A stretch of 57,139 nt of DNA from a virus (Duplodnaviria > Caudoviricetes). The first letter of the stretch is position 1. Every line of letters begins with the position of its first letter. The translations under genes and the position numbers were made by a program. This document shows, piece after piece, positions 16,747 through 26,703 of this stretch. Under the pieces are notes generated by a model. The model saw only the letters and a list, made by a program, of their open reading frames with translations. It made no database searches and was not told where the DNA came from. The stretch lies in IMG/VR virus record IMGVR_UViG_3300047554_000764, positions 1 through 57,139 of that record. One strand, given 5' to 3'.

Positions 16747-17286
16747 ATGACTACAATGAAGAAATTAACCAACATCACAGCAACGGCACAAGGTCTTGTG
16801 TCTTTTGACAGCAAAGGTAACGCTCACATGGAACGTTATGCTAAAACATTTCAATCTAAATCAGATTACAAGCCAAAACACATCGCACAAACAAGTGAAA
16901 ACTTGGAAAAATATCATCTGAACATGATACAAAGACAAATGTTCAGACGTTTGATGTATGGATTGAAAGAGTATAATCCAGAGCAAATTGCTGCATTATC
17001 TCCTTCTTCAATCAGCAAGATTGTTGAAGACTACAAAAAAGCCAAAAGAGCTTTACACATTATGAAAGCTAAAAAGTATTATTATGCTGAAAACAAGCTT
17101 CTTAATGCAATCTTTCCAACATTCAATCTTGGTTCAAAAGATCATGATTGGTTTTTAGAATTACCTAAAAATGTCACTCTGCGCAGTCTAGGGATTTCTA
17201 CAAAAGAAGTAGTAGATGAGTTTATTAAACGTAAACTCTTACCAAAGAATTTCCATCACTTATCAATTCAAAATGTAAATCTCTAA
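16747..17286 (+). CDS. Hypothetical protein
   Basis: 179 aa basic ORF. Confidence 0.8.
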   Translation: MTTMKKLTNITATAQGLVSFDSKGNAHMERYAKTFQSKSDYKPKHIAQTSENLEKYHLNMIQRQMFRRLMYGLKEYNPEQIAALSPSSISKIVEDYKKAKRALHIMKAKKYYYAENKLLNAIFPTFNLGSKDHDWFLELPKNVTLRSLGISTKEVVDEFIKRKLLPKNFHHLSIQNVNL

Positions 17287-17609
17287 TGACCAACACACTA
17301 GAAAAAGCTGAGTCTATCAAATATGGTGGACTCAGCAATTCTGAAATCATGGTTGTCTATTATCGCTTTAAAAAGTATATAGATGATCTTGAAGACGGAT
17401 TCAGCAAAAATCAAGTATCCAAAACTGTGAACACACCCATGGGTAGAGGCACAGCAATCATGCAAGTATCAGACGAGCATATTCAAAAGTTTAAATCTAC
17501 TGAATATTACCAGTTGTCAAAAGCAGTTGTTGCAAAACTTGGGCCCATTGTGGAGCTTTTACAAGAATGTGATGACACTTTTAAACAACTAGCAGATGAA
17601 CTACGGTAG
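17286..17609 (+). CDS. Hypothetical protein
   Basis: 107 aa, TAATG translational coupling. Confidence 0.78.
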   Translation: MTNTLEKAESIKYGGLSNSEIMVVYYRFKKYIDDLEDGFSKNQVSKTVNTPMGRGTAIMQVSDEHIQKFKSTEYYQLSKAVVAKLGPIVELLQECDDTFKQLADELR

Positions 17610-17889
17610 AGTAAACAATGTTGTGTGCTATTCTGAATTGATTTCTTTGGAAGCAAAAGGATTGTACGCAATAATTTGCTCTCTTTGTGGGAACAAGGAT
17701 TATTGTTTCCCCGCAGTATCTACATTGTCCAAAATGTCTGGAAAAAGTAGAGCAACTGTACATCGTCTTCTCAAAGAATTATCAGACAAAGGAGTTATAC
17801 AAAGGCTGTATAACCCAACACAAAGGAAAACCATCACCTACAATTTGATGGATAAAAGTAAAATTTCTAAAAACCAAAACAATGAGTAA
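17596..17889 (+). CDS. Helix-turn-helix protein (HTH_36 / replication-initiator N-terminal-like)
   Basis: ISLEAKGLYAII...CFPAVSTLSKMSGKSRATVHRLLKELSDKGVI. Confidence 0.82.
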   Translation: MNYGRVNNVVCYSELISLEAKGLYAIICSLCGNKDYCFPAVSTLSKMSGKSRATVHRLLKELSDKGVIQRLYNPTQRKTITYNLMDKSKISKNQNNE

Positions 17890-18316
17890 AGAATCAATTT
17901 TAAAGAAGTTATCTGATCTTGAAGATCAAAATTTAAAGTTTAACGAGCATGTTTTAATCTGTATTGAAGCAGATGACAATGGTATTCCTGTTGGAAGTGC
18001 TGTTAAAGTGAAAGGTACGCCTTACATGACACTTGGTATGATTGATCTTGCAATGCATAAGTTGCAAGAAGCGCGTGATTCCATTCTTGACAAGTTTGAA
18101 ACTGTTGAACAAGCTTCACGTGCAATAAATGAGTTGCCAAAAGACGTTGTTGACAAAATCAGAAAGTTTGAAGAAGAAGCACGTGATGCTATGCAGCGTG
18201 GTGATATTGCAAAACTTGAGCAATTGAAAGATGAAGCTAAGAACCTTCTTGGTTTAGACATGGATGATGAAAATCGTGATGAAAGTGGTTTCAATATCAA
18301 TGACTTTAAAGGATAA
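17882..18316 (+). CDS. Hypothetical coiled-coil protein
   Basis: 144 aa. Confidence 0.78.
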   Translation: MSKESILKKLSDLEDQNLKFNEHVLICIEADDNGIPVGSAVKVKGTPYMTLGMIDLAMHKLQEARDSILDKFETVEQASRAINELPKDVVDKIRKFEEEARDAMQRGDIAKLEQLKDEAKNLLGLDMDDENRDESGFNINDFKG

Positions 18317-18324
18317 TATATAGA

Positions 18325-18432
18325 GAGACGAGTCTCATGGGTGAGACCCATGAAATTTGTTCGCTTTCTCTTTATATTCTTCTCTTTACTTATATCTCAT
18401 TGGTGAGACGGGTTATGTCTCACTGGTGAGAT
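18325..18432. repeat. Three TCTCA-NNGG-TGAGA palindromic repeats (iteron/operator-like)
   Basis: Copies at 18333-18346, 18395-18408 and 18418-18431, plus GAGAC-GA-GTCTC; pyrimidine/AT-rich spacer. Confidence 0.8.
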
Positions 18433-18474
18433 ACTAGTTGAAAATTTTGTATTAAAAATCAAGCACTTAACATT

Positions 18475-19059
18475 ATGGGAGTAGACATTTATGGCATAAG
18501 TCCAAAATTGACTGAACAAATGCCAGAATTACCAGATAATTATGAAGAATTATCAGAAGAACAAGTCTCTGCTTATTGGACAATGCGCAATGATTGGGAG
18601 CAGTCAAACCCTGGTTTTTACTTTAGGAATAACTGGTGGCACTGGCGTCCTATTCAAATGCTTATTACAGTGTTCAATGAAGTTTATCAAATGCACATTC
18701 CAGAAGAAGAAATTGCAGCTCTTGGAAGCAATGGAGGTGGTGGAGTCAAAGACAAGGGTCATTGTGAACAATTAGCAACTTACTTTAAAGAGTTTGCTGC
18801 AAAAATGCGCAATGATGGTCAAGAAATCATCTTTTTAAACACTGGATGGTGGCATTTTAAGGACAAAGACTTGAATGGTGGTAAAGCCATTGAAGACAAT
18901 GAACTTGTTGAAAAATTAAATGAAAAGTATCCTGGGTTATTCTTTGAAGCGCCAACTCTTAATGGAGTTGACTATGAAGCATCTCATGAAACAAATGTTG
19001 ACAATTTAGAAGAGTTTGCTCTTTTTTTAGAAAACTGTAATGGTTTTGAAATTCATTAA
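18475..19059 (+). CDS. Conserved phage hypothetical protein
   Basis: MGVDIYG...YFRNNWWHWRP...F..FLENCNGFEIH. Confidence 0.82.
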   Translation: MGVDIYGISPKLTEQMPELPDNYEELSEEQVSAYWTMRNDWEQSNPGFYFRNNWWHWRPIQMLITVFNEVYQMHIPEEEIAALGSNGGGGVKDKGHCEQLATYFKEFAAKMRNDGQEIIFLNTGWWHFKDKDLNGGKAIEDNELVEKLNEKYPGLFFEAPTLNGVDYEASHETNVDNLEEFALFLENCNGFEIH

Positions 19060-19084
19060 TTAAAAATTTAAAAAACAAATCAAG

Positions 19085-20371
19085 ATGATCCTATTACAAT
19101 CATTCATTAGTGGAACTAGTTATCAAGTAAGAACTCTTCCAAGACAATCTTTTGAGAAATCTTTGACGCGTCATATTGACGATATGAAGATTACTTCTCC
19201 TATTGCAGAATTTGCAAAATTTCCTTTAGGTACTGTGTTCATCACTGATGGATATGATTTTCCTGAAGATGACCACTTACACATTCGTAAAGAAAATGTT
19301 GTAGCTGTATGTTACGAAGGAACAGTGTTTCCAATGTCACATGTAGAAAAAGATCGCTTACAAGCAATTGCTGATTTTACTGTCAATTACATGATTGACA
19401 GCGATGACTTTGGCATTGAAAAAGCAAAAAACATGGCAGAGCAATTTGCATCTTATGGTTATGAATATGACTGGGATGCTATGGTTGCTCCAAAGCCTAC
19501 TGAAGCTGGTGAGTTACCGTCAGGTATTAATCTAAAACGCACTATTGCAGCAAATTATCCAGTACCATCTGTTGATGATTGTGGTTTCCACATTGATCCA
19601 GATATGTGGTTCTTGCTTGTGAGAAACGTGTTACGTGGAGAAAATACATTGTTGATAGGCCCAACAGGTTCAGGTAAAACAGAAATTGTATCTCACCTTG
19701 CTATGGCAATGGAAAAAGATATGCATATCCAAGACATGGGTACTGTTCAAGATGCTCAATCAGCATTATTGGGCGTTCACCGTTTGAATAAAGAAGGTCA
19801 CTCATCATTTGAGTTTGCTCCTTTTGTAAACAATATTCAATCAGGTGGCATCATGTTGTTGGATGAGCTTAACCGTTCACCTCTTGCTGCAAATAATATC
19901 TTGTTCCCTTGTTTGGATAAAAGACGTTATTTACCAGTAGATATTGCATGTGAAGATTGTGATCGCAAGATTCCTGTAAATGAGAACACTGTGTTCTTTG
20001 CAACAGCTAACCTTGGTTCTGAGTACTCAGGCACACATTCAATTGACCGTGCATTGTTGGACCGTTTCTTTCCAATTGAATTAGGTTATCCAACAGAAAA
20101 GGATGAGATCAATGTATTAAAATTACGTACTGGTATTGATGAGAAAGCTGCAACTGCAATTGTACGTGTGTCTAATGAGATACGCAAGCAATACAAAGAG
20201 CAAGAACTTTCTACACCAGTTTCTGTACGTCATACTATTCAAGCTGCAAGCTTAATTGCAGATGGCTTTGATGTTGATAAAGCGTTGCTTGCTACTATCA
20301 TGCCATTGTTTGAAGATGGTATTGGTGTATCAGAACGCAGTAAAGTACTTTCAATAGTATCAGCATTTTAA
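19085..20371 (+). CDS. MoxR-family AAA+ ATPase (CbbQ/NirQ/NorQ-like)
   Basis: GPTGSGKT, LLDELNR, FATAN, DRALLDRF, SVR motifs; extra N-terminal domain. Confidence 0.9.
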   Translation: MILLQSFISGTSYQVRTLPRQSFEKSLTRHIDDMKITSPIAEFAKFPLGTVFITDGYDFPEDDHLHIRKENVVAVCYEGTVFPMSHVEKDRLQAIADFTVNYMIDSDDFGIEKAKNMAEQFASYGYEYDWDAMVAPKPTEAGELPSGINLKRTIAANYPVPSVDDCGFHIDPDMWFLLVRNVLRGENTLLIGPTGSGKTEIVSHLAMAMEKDMHIQDMGTVQDAQSALLGVHRLNKEGHSSFEFAPFVNNIQSGGIMLLDELNRSPLAANNILFPCLDKRRYLPVDIACEDCDRKIPVNENTVFFATANLGSEYSGTHSIDRALLDRFFPIELGYPTEKDEINVLKLRTGIDEKAATAIVRVSNEIRKQYKEQELSTPVSVRHTIQAASLIADGFDVDKALLATIMPLFEDGIGVSERSKVLSIVSAF

Positions 20372-20400
20372 AGTTGAATAGGATCAACTACGTGACATTA

Positions 20401-20429
20401 AGAGGAGAGTGTAACAGCTCTCCTTTTTT
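20401..20429 (+). terminator. Terminator-like hairpin between MoxR and VWA genes
   Basis: AGGAGAG-TGTAACAG-CTCTCCT followed by a T-tract. Confidence 0.6.
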
Positions 20430-20455
20430 GTCACAAATATTTAAAAAACTGTGAC

Positions 20456-22330
20456 ATGAGCAAATTAGTAAAAGATTGGTTTAATCGTAGAGCAGAAGAC
20501 GCGTATACTTTCCAAGATGATAGTAAACGTTTCTTTAGCTGGGATAAAGGAAGAGATTCATACTCTTCATACTTTATCAAAAATGACAATACACTCAAAG
20601 AGGCAGCCAAAATGGTAGGCTCAATGTTTAGAGTTATTGGTGTACCTAAAACTTTTAAGTACACAAATGACATTCAAAGTGCTTCAAGGTCAAGTGATAG
20701 AACTTCTGTTCAAGTCCCTCTTAGCATGTTACGTGATGAAGATGGAAACTATCTTGATAATGATAGTCAACTTCTTGATGCTTTCTATGGTGCTGCTATT
20801 CAGAATGCATGTTTAGCTTCAATGCAAACAACTGCTGAATATCAGAAAACAATGATGGCACGTAACACATCAAAAGGTAACACTACTGTTAAAGACTTGT
20901 TGCTTAGTGTTCTCAATACAGAACGTATTGATAAAAAACTTGCAGATCGTCTTCCAGGTTATCTAAAATTTGTTCAGAAGTTTAAAGAACATAAATATGA
21001 AAACTGGGAAAGTCCTGGTGTAGAAGCTCCAAAACAAAAACGTCTTCTTGATCTTGTTGTAAAAATGTTGCGTTATCCTGCAAACATTACAGAAGAAGAT
21101 ATGGAAGATTTTGGTGAACCATTAAAAGCTATGGAACGCTTGCTTAAAAAGCATGGTGGTATTCCTGCAGATTTTGATGGTTGTGGAAGTATGGCAACCA
21201 GTCTTTCTAACATTGTCTATAAATATGTAGATAAAGAAGAAGAACCTCCAGGTGGTGGCGGTGGTGGAGAAGATGAAGATGAATCTGATGAATCAGATGA
21301 AGGCAAGTCTCCTGGAAAACCAAAACCAGAAATGAGTAAGAGTGAACTTAATGATTTTGCAAAAGAAATGATGGGTTCACTGATTAATCCAGAAGAAGGT
21401 ACAGGTTCTGATGAAGACTTCATGAATGAATTTGAAGATTTTCTTGATGACATGGATGAGAATGCATCTCCTAAAACAGATTTTGATTGGGAGAATGATG
21501 GTTCAGCGTCACAAGGAAATGTTTATTTCAAAAAAGCTGAAGTAAATGAGCATGCAAAAGATCGTTATAGAAAAGCTTTATCAAAAATTGATACAACAAA
21601 AGCTGCGGTATTGCAAAAATTGTTTGCTCGTAAGAGTAAAAACTATGAATTTGCAATGAAATCTATGCGTTCTGGTAGACTGGATACAAACAAGATTGCA
21701 GAAGCTGCACAACAGGTTCCAACAATCTATGAACGTATGGGTCAAGTTACCACAAGCAAAGTTTGCGTTGGCGTTCTCATTGATGAGTCTGGTTCTATGG
21801 GAGGATCTAAAATTGAAAAAGCAAGAGAAGCTGCAATTTTTATTAATGAAGTTTTCAAAAAGATGCCAGATGTAGAATTATTTATCTATGGTCATACTGC
21901 AGATACCACTAATACTGGTTCTGTTGATATGATGGTTTATCGTGAAAAAGGATTCATTACTGATTCATTTGCTCTTGGTTCTGTAACATCTCGTGCAAAC
22001 AACAGAGATGGTGACGCAATTTTTGCAAGTGCAAAACGTATGCGTGGTCAGACAGAGAATCAAGGATTGCTTTTTGTTTTATCAGATGGTGCTCCTTCAG
22101 CATATGATTATGGTGGAAGAAGTGCAATTGAAGACACTCGTAAGAAAGTTATGAGAGCTCAATCACTTGGATTCCAAGTAATTCAAATTGCAATTGAAGA
22201 GCATGTTCCTTCTAGAGAAATGTTTGATTACTTTATCAAAATGACAGATATCGCCAATCTTCCAAAAGAATTGGTTGCTTATATGTCCCGTAAAGTAGAC
22301 AAGCTTATCAAAGAAAAAGTAACTGTTTAA
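20456..22330 (+). CDS. VWA-domain MoxR partner (NorD/CobT-like)
   Basis: Acidic/Gly linker, RSGRLD, MIDAS LIDESGSM, NRDG, LSDGAP. Confidence 0.88.
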   Translation: MSKLVKDWFNRRAEDAYTFQDDSKRFFSWDKGRDSYSSYFIKNDNTLKEAAKMVGSMFRVIGVPKTFKYTNDIQSASRSSDRTSVQVPLSMLRDEDGNYLDNDSQLLDAFYGAAIQNACLASMQTTAEYQKTMMARNTSKGNTTVKDLLLSVLNTERIDKKLADRLPGYLKFVQKFKEHKYENWESPGVEAPKQKRLLDLVVKMLRYPANITEEDMEDFGEPLKAMERLLKKHGGIPADFDGCGSMATSLSNIVYKYVDKEEEPPGGGGGGEDEDESDESDEGKSPGKPKPEMSKSELNDFAKEMMGSLINPEEGTGSDEDFMNEFEDFLDDMDENASPKTDFDWENDGSASQGNVYFKKAEVNEHAKDRYRKALSKIDTTKAAVLQKLFARKSKNYEFAMKSMRSGRLDTNKIAEAAQQVPTIYERMGQVTTSKVCVGVLIDESGSMGGSKIEKAREAAIFINEVFKKMPDVELFIYGHTADTTNTGSVDMMVYREKGFITDSFALGSVTSRANNRDGDAIFASAKRMRGQTENQGLLFVLSDGAPSAYDYGGRSAIEDTRKKVMRAQSLGFQVIQIAIEEHVPSREMFDYFIKMTDIANLPKELVAYMSRKVDKLIKEKVTV

Positions 22331-22335
22331 CATAG

Positions 22336-22372
22336 TCAGGTGGTGATAACCTCATCACCTGATTTTATTTTT
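22336..22372 (+). terminator. Intrinsic terminator
   Basis: TCAGGTGGTGA/TCATCACCTGA hairpin followed by T-rich tail. Confidence 0.75.
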
Positions 22373-22378
22373 ATTATT

Positions 22379-22627
22379 ATGAAAATGCATAATTACATTA
22401 TTGCAATTGTATGGTTGATAACTGTAGTCGCAATACTAGAACTTTTAGACTTGGCGTTCTATCTAATGAATAGGTCAAGTGACATGGCGTTTTACGCAGG
22501 ATTGGTCATTGCAACAGCATCATTTTTAATTGCAATAAGACTTTCTGTGTTTTTAGCTGGTGAAGCTTATGTAGCTTACCAAAAGTATTTTAAGAAACAA
22601 TCAAAAACCAAAACAAAGAAAAAATGA
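22379..22627 (+). CDS. Two-TM membrane protein (likely start MKMHNY)
   Basis: Hydrophobic helices and basic tail; overlaps the SPFH start. Confidence 0.7.
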   Translation: MKMHNYIIAIVWLITVVAILELLDLAFYLMNRSSDMAFYAGLVIATASFLIAIRLSVFLAGEAYVAYQKYFKKQSKTKTKKK

Positions 22628-23484
22628 ACAATTTTATTATGAAAATCGCTTTTGCGGTTGTAGGTGTATTTGCCTTATTTGTATTTATGGCAGGATGTGA
22701 GCGTATTGATGCTGGACATGTTGGTGTAAAAGTTAACCTTTATGGTACAGGAAAAGGAGTTGATGATGTTACAGAAGTAACAGGAATGGTGTTTTACAAT
22801 CCTTTTTCTACAAAAATCATTGAATTCCCAACTTTTGTACAACATAAAGAGTACAAACAAGTAATTGAAGATGGAAAAATTGTATCTGATGAATCATTTG
22901 TAGTAAACTCAAAAGATGGATCAGAATTTCATGTTGCTCCTATTGTAAATTATTCAGTAAAACGTGAGAAAGTACCTTACATTTTTTCTAAGTATCGCAG
23001 AAGCTTAGATGAAATTGAAAATGGTTTTCTGAAAACTGCTATTTATGATGCATTTCGTCTTGTAGCTAACTCTTATCCTGCAGATGCTTTGATTTCTAAT
23101 CGTGAAGAGTTTGAAATTAAAGTACGTGCTGTCTTGGAAAAGCAATTGTTACCTGAAGGATTTATATTAGCGCAGTTTACATCTAATCTTGCTTACCCTG
23201 AAACATTTAAGAAAGCAATTGAGGCTAAGAACAATGCTGTTCAAACAGCTTTGACAGCTGAGAATCAGGTTAAAACTGCTGAAGCAGAAGCTAAAATTAA
23301 AATTGCAAAAGCTGAAGGTAATGCTCAAGCAATGTTGACAACAGCAAAAGCTGAAGCTGAAGCAAATAACTTAAAGCAAAAAACTTTGTCATCTATGTTG
23401 TTACAACAACAATGGATTGAGAAATGGGATGGAAAGCTTCCAGTGTATGGAACTGCTCCACAAATGTTTAAATCTGTAAATTAA
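22624..23484 (+). CDS. SPFH/Band 7 (prohibitin-like) membrane protein
   Basis: N-terminal TM, RIDAGHVGVKV, SKDG, AEAEA coiled coil, KWDGKLP. Confidence 0.92.
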   Translation: MNNFIMKIAFAVVGVFALFVFMAGCERIDAGHVGVKVNLYGTGKGVDDVTEVTGMVFYNPFSTKIIEFPTFVQHKEYKQVIEDGKIVSDESFVVNSKDGSEFHVAPIVNYSVKREKVPYIFSKYRRSLDEIENGFLKTAIYDAFRLVANSYPADALISNREEFEIKVRAVLEKQLLPEGFILAQFTSNLAYPETFKKAIEAKNNAVQTALTAENQVKTAEAEAKIKIAKAEGNAQAMLTTAKAEAEANNLKQKTLSSMLLQQQWIEKWDGKLPVYGTAPQMFKSVN

Positions 23485-23489
23485 TAATT

Positions 23490-23518
23490 AAGCCCTGATG
23501 TAAAAGTCAGGGCTTTTA
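23490..23518 (+). terminator. Intrinsic terminator
   Basis: AAGCCCTGA/TCAGGGCTT followed by Ts. Confidence 0.8.
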
Positions 23519-23530
23519 ATTTTTACAATA

Positions 23531-23872
23531 ATGGAACAAAAGTATATACAAGAAGCAGGTTCAGGAATTGTTTGTGACAATCCTGATTGTAATTATGAAG
23601 ACATGACTGTGTCTCATACAGAACTTGACAAATGGTTGAATAAACCATGCCCTAAATGTGGTGAAAATTTACTCACTGAAGAAGATTTTAAAAATCATTC
23701 AAAGTTAATGGCAACTATCAACTTACTAAACAGCATGTCTGAAGAACAACTTGAAGAGTTTGGTAAAATGTTAGACATTGAAGTAAAGATTGATGCAAGC
23801 AAATCATCAGAAGAAAGAAAAACTGTTCAGTTCCATGTACATAATGGTATTGACATTAAAGTAATTAAATAA
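23531..23872 (+). CDS. Zn-ribbon hypothetical protein
   Basis: CDNPDC...CPKCGENLLT. Confidence 0.78.
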   Translation: MEQKYIQEAGSGIVCDNPDCNYEDMTVSHTELDKWLNKPCPKCGENLLTEEDFKNHSKLMATINLLNSMSEEQLEEFGKMLDIEVKIDASKSSEERKTVQFHVHNGIDIKVIK

Positions 23873-23895
23873 TTCAAGATCCTAAACAACTAAAT

Positions 23896-25137
23896 ATGAA
23901 AAAATTACTTTGGGCTGGAAGCTCATCAAACATTAGTAAAATAACAGGAAGTGACACACATGATCATATTCCTCAAGGGGTGTGGGAATTAAAACTATCA
24001 ATGATGGGTCCATACTTACAAAAAGTTTCTGATGATTTTAACTTTGGTCATAAAATATATGGGCTTGAAGAAGACTTTATCAAATACACTAACCAGAGTT
24101 TTCAATTAGCAGAGAAAAACATGGGTATCTTGTTAAATGGATTGAAAGGATGTGGTAAAACTGTCACTGCAAAAATCATTGCAAATCGTTGTGAATTACC
24201 AATTATCATTATCAATTCAGATAACATTGACTCTTTAAGCTATTTCAATGATGTGACACAGTCTTTGTGTTTCATGTTTGATGAGTTTGAAAAAATCATT
24301 GATCATAAAGATACTGCACGCATTGCTCCATTACTTTCTTTTGTAGATGGTACAATCACCTCAGCAAAACATTTGATGATATTTACATCAAATGACACAA
24401 ATATTTCAGAGTTCTTTATTGATCGCCCTGGACGCATTCGCTATATCAAGAATTATGGTTCTTTAAGTATTGATACTGTTAAAGAAATCATTAATGATAA
24501 ACTTGTGTATCCAGAATTCAAACAAGAAATTATTGACTGGGTTATGTTTTTCAGGTTCTTGACTATTGATATTCTCATGTCTGTTATCAATGAAGTTAAC
24601 ATTCATAGAGTTGGACCTGCGAAGTTTAAATCTTTCTTTAATGCTGATAATGATAAACCAAGTTATGATGTAATGTTTAAACTTACACATCCTGAAACAG
24701 GACAAATTATAGAGTTTGAATATGATTCAATACTTGATTATTCACCAGCAGATTTCTTTGAGAACCTGATTGACCATGATACATCATTCCGTGTTAATGG
24801 ATTCCATGGACACATTGATGCAAAAACTGGTGATGTCATTAGTATTTCTGACAACTATGCACGTAGTTGTTATTTGAATTATGTTGATGAAGTATTAGAA
24901 GAACTTGAAGAAAATGTCTACAAGTGTCTTGTTGGTTTAGATATTAACCATCAAGAAAAAATATCATTACTAAGACGTGATGGTGAAGAAACAGATGTAG
25001 AAGTAAAAAGAAAAGCTAAAAAGATTATTCTTACAGCTGATAAAACTTCTTTCATTGAAGAAAATGTTATTTACAATTGTGAAATGACATTCAAAGCACG
25101 TCCTTTGTACAAAAATTATAGTACTTACGCATTTTAA
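23896..25137 (+). CDS. AAA+ ATPase
   Basis: GLKGCGKT, FDEFEK, FTSN, RPGRIRY. Confidence 0.88.
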   Translation: MKKLLWAGSSSNISKITGSDTHDHIPQGVWELKLSMMGPYLQKVSDDFNFGHKIYGLEEDFIKYTNQSFQLAEKNMGILLNGLKGCGKTVTAKIIANRCELPIIIINSDNIDSLSYFNDVTQSLCFMFDEFEKIIDHKDTARIAPLLSFVDGTITSAKHLMIFTSNDTNISEFFIDRPGRIRYIKNYGSLSIDTVKEIINDKLVYPEFKQEIIDWVMFFRFLTIDILMSVINEVNIHRVGPAKFKSFFNADNDKPSYDVMFKLTHPETGQIIEFEYDSILDYSPADFFENLIDHDTSFRVNGFHGHIDAKTGDVISISDNYARSCYLNYVDEVLEELEENVYKCLVGLDINHQEKISLLRRDGEETDVEVKRKAKKIILTADKTSFIEENVIYNCEMTFKARPLYKNYSTYAF

Positions 25138-25148
25138 AACACATAACT

Positions 25149-25640
25149 ATGAGCAGTAAAGTTCGTTTCATTGCAGATCTACATTTTGGTCATGAAAACA
25201 TGGCAAAAAAAAGAGGATTTGCAAATGCTGAAGAGCATGATGAGTTTATCATCAAACAATGGAATAATACTGTTTCAAAACGTGATGTTACTTACATTCT
25301 TGGAGATATTTCAATGGAAAAGAAAAGCCCTTATCACTTGCTTTCACGTCTCAATGGCGTGAAGCATGTGGTTTTGGGTAATCATGATCGTCATCAAGAT
25401 GTAGCAGAACTATTGAAACATGTGCATAGTGTTTCTGGTATGATGAAACACAAAGGTTTTTGGCTAACCCATTGTCCTGTACACCCATTTGAACTTGAAA
25501 GAGTTTATGGTAATATACATGGACATGTACATGAAAATGTAATAAATGAGCCAAAGTATTACTGTGTATCTTGTGAGAACGTTAATTACACACCAGTTAC
25601 ACATGAAGAATTGAATATTAAAATCCCAACTAAAGAATAA
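25149..25640 (+). CDS. Calcineurin-like metallophosphoesterase
   Basis: DLHFGH, LGD, GNHD, THCP, HGHVH. Confidence 0.92.
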   Translation: MSSKVRFIADLHFGHENMAKKRGFANAEEHDEFIIKQWNNTVSKRDVTYILGDISMEKKSPYHLLSRLNGVKHVVLGNHDRHQDVAELLKHVHSVSGMMKHKGFWLTHCPVHPFELERVYGNIHGHVHENVINEPKYYCVSCENVNYTPVTHEELNIKIPTKE

Positions 25641-26497
25641 TGGAACAAGTAATTAGAAAATCAATGCTTATACGTGAGAGTGGCAGAAGTACAGACTTTA
25701 TATCACCAAGCTTTGGGCATGGTTGTCTATTTAATTGTACTTACTGTTATATGAAACGTCATAAAGCTGAAGGTTTGGATATTGCTACAAATGCAAATCA
25801 AATTTTGACAGAAATAAACAATCATAGTTGGTTTGCTACAATTGAAAAACCAAATCAAACTCATGAAAAGTTTATTACTTATGACATATCATGCAATGAA
25901 GATTTTGCCTTGCATTTGAAGTATCATAAATGGAAATACATTTTTGATTTCTTTAAACAAAGTGAAGTTGCCATGGGTTCATTTGCCACAAAGTATGTAA
26001 ATGAAGAACTTCTTACGTATAATCCAGAAAAAAAGATACGTATAAGATTTTCACTCATGCCTCAAAAGTATGCTGATTTATTGGAACCAAATACAACTAA
26101 AATCTTTGATAGAATAAAAGCTATTAATGAATTTATTGAAGCTGGTTATGATGTACACATTAACTTTTCACCTGTGATTGTAACAGATGACTGGTTAGAA
26201 CAATACAGAATGTTATTTGAAGGTGTAGATGCTCTTGTAGATAGAAAGTATAAAGATCAAGTAAAAGCTGAAGTTATCTTTTTAACACATAATCGCGATA
26301 AGCATTTCTATAATTTAGAAAACAATCTTAAAGGTGAAGAATTACTTTGGAATCCAGATATTCAAGAAGACAAAACATCTCAATATGGAGGATTAAATTT
26401 ACGCTACAAGCATGAACTTAAGTCTCAGTACATTGATAAGTTTACAGAACTACATGATGAAATTATACCTTGGAATAAAATCAGATATATTTTTTAA
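25640..26497 (+). CDS. Spore photoproduct lyase-like radical SAM enzyme
   Basis: GCLFNCTYCY (CxxxCxxC), DISCNED, ATKYVN, IRIRFSL, FSPVI, LRY. Confidence 0.82.
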   Translation: MEQVIRKSMLIRESGRSTDFISPSFGHGCLFNCTYCYMKRHKAEGLDIATNANQILTEINNHSWFATIEKPNQTHEKFITYDISCNEDFALHLKYHKWKYIFDFFKQSEVAMGSFATKYVNEELLTYNPEKKIRIRFSLMPQKYADLLEPNTTKIFDRIKAINEFIEAGYDVHINFSPVIVTDDWLEQYRMLFEGVDALVDRKYKDQVKAEVIFLTHNRDKHFYNLENNLKGEELLWNPDIQEDKTSQYGGLNLRYKHELKSQYIDKFTELHDEIIPWNKIRYIF

Positions 26498-26508
26498 AAA
26501 ATTAAAGC

Positions 26509-26703
26509 ATGGATGTATTAAGTGAAGGTTCAAAAGTTACATACATAAAAGGTAGAACAAAAGAACATGGGATTATAAAAGTTTTTTCTCCAGAAGGAAA
26601 GCATGCATTTGTTGTCTTTCATTGTAATAATGATTGGAACAACTACAAAGATTATACAGGTCAAATGACAGCTGTTAAAGATTTAAAACCAGGATGGATA
26701 TGA
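26509..26703 (+). CDS. Hypothetical protein
   Basis: 64 aa. Confidence 0.7.
   Translation: MDVLSEGSKVTYIKGRTKEHGIIKVFSPEGKHAFVVFHCNNDWNNYKDYTGQMTAVKDLKPGWI

Noticed and set aside
18022-18351. Minus-strand ORF starting within the palindromic repeats
   Set aside because: Antisense shadow of the 17882..18316 gene
21217-21453. Ser/Pro-rich minus-strand ORF and GGT/GAA repeats
   Set aside because: Antisense of the low-complexity acidic linker of the VWA protein
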